From positions 1 to 36,424 of the forward strand of contig JAUCBJ010002372.1 of NCBI GenBank assembly GCA_032718475.1: DNA of 36,424 nucleotides. Reading direction: 5' to 3'. Origin of the DNA: Nemertoderma westbladi (Eukaryota > Animalia > Xenacoelomorpha). The position numbers and the translations under genes were made by a program. Of the stretch, positions 35,860-36,424 are shown in pieces. Below the pieces are notes generated by a model. That model made no database searches, was not told the DNA's origin, and saw nothing but the letters and a program-made list of their open reading frames with translations. Numbering within the stretch: position 1 is the first letter of the stretch; each line of letters begins with the position of its first letter.

Positions 35860-36424
35860 AGAAAAAATAATTCAAATTTGAATTTCCCGCCAATTTTATT
35901 CAAATTATTCTGATTTTCATTCTAAATGCTAAGGCTCCTAGAATTTAAGTCAAGTTAAATTCAAATTTGGCAAGGAGCATCAGAGGGGGCGGCTTTACAG
36001 AAAATACAGATTTTTGAAATTTTGACCGGAAGTGTATTTTTTATTTAAATATATTTTTATTTTTTTAAATTCTCGGCCCAAAACACCACTTAAATTCAAA
36101 AATTCAAAATTCTGTCTAGAAGTTTTATTGCTCAACATCTCTAGATCACTGTGTAAAAATTTCCAACGATTTGATGAAAAAATGACGGAGGAGTAGTATT
36201 TTGAGTGGAGCCAAAACGAGAAAAAATAATTCCGAGTAAAATAGGTTTAAAGTTTGAACCTTCCCGCACAAAATTTCCTCTCTATTATTCTGTCAATATG
36301 TAATAATCATATGTGTGTAATATATGTATGTTAATTAATTAGCACAGAGCTGAAATCTTCGCTACGGGGGTTTTCGAGGTCGCTGATTTCATTTCTAGTA
36401 TCTGTTTTCATTTTTGTCAAAATC
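35860..36424. mobile_element. Possible non-autonomous DNA transposon (MITE/Helentron-like) remnants
   Basis: Motifs such as tttcccgcc, caaatttggc, gaccggaagtg, aaaatttcc...ggaggagtag and ggggttttcgaggtcgctga in an A/T-tract background resemble invertebrate interspersed repeats; no TIR or TSD was resolved. Confidence 0.3.

Overview
Repeat-dominated eukaryotic (probably invertebrate animal) genomic DNA, not a prokaryotic locus. From left to right: (1) a long minus-strand low-complexity reading frame (2637 to beyond the left edge), split only at poly-G tracts and resembling a BEL/Pao-type LTR retrotransposon Gag N-terminus; (2) a near full-length but decayed APE+RT non-LTR retrotransposon ('LINE-A', RTE-like, (TAG)n tail, ~2840-7699) with a highly structured 5' leader, interrupted by an antisense 5'-truncated copy of a second RTE-like family ('LINE-B', 5246-6744, 10-bp TSD); (3) a ~20.8 kb array of a 34-bp satellite (8074-28885) with nested higher-order duplications, carrying a 1.56 kb LINE-B copy (12-bp TSD) and seven copies of an ultra-short (19-24 nt) LINE-B 3'-end insertion that was co-amplified with the array; (4) a 5.3 kb 54-bp (21+21+12) minisatellite; (5) an intronless, probably secreted PEBP-family gene; (6) AT-rich flank with possible non-autonomous transposon remnants. 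The giant L/Y/C-rich ORFs are artefacts of stop-free satellite strands. No CRISPR, rRNA or tRNA was seen. Family assignments come from motif recognition only; no database search was run.
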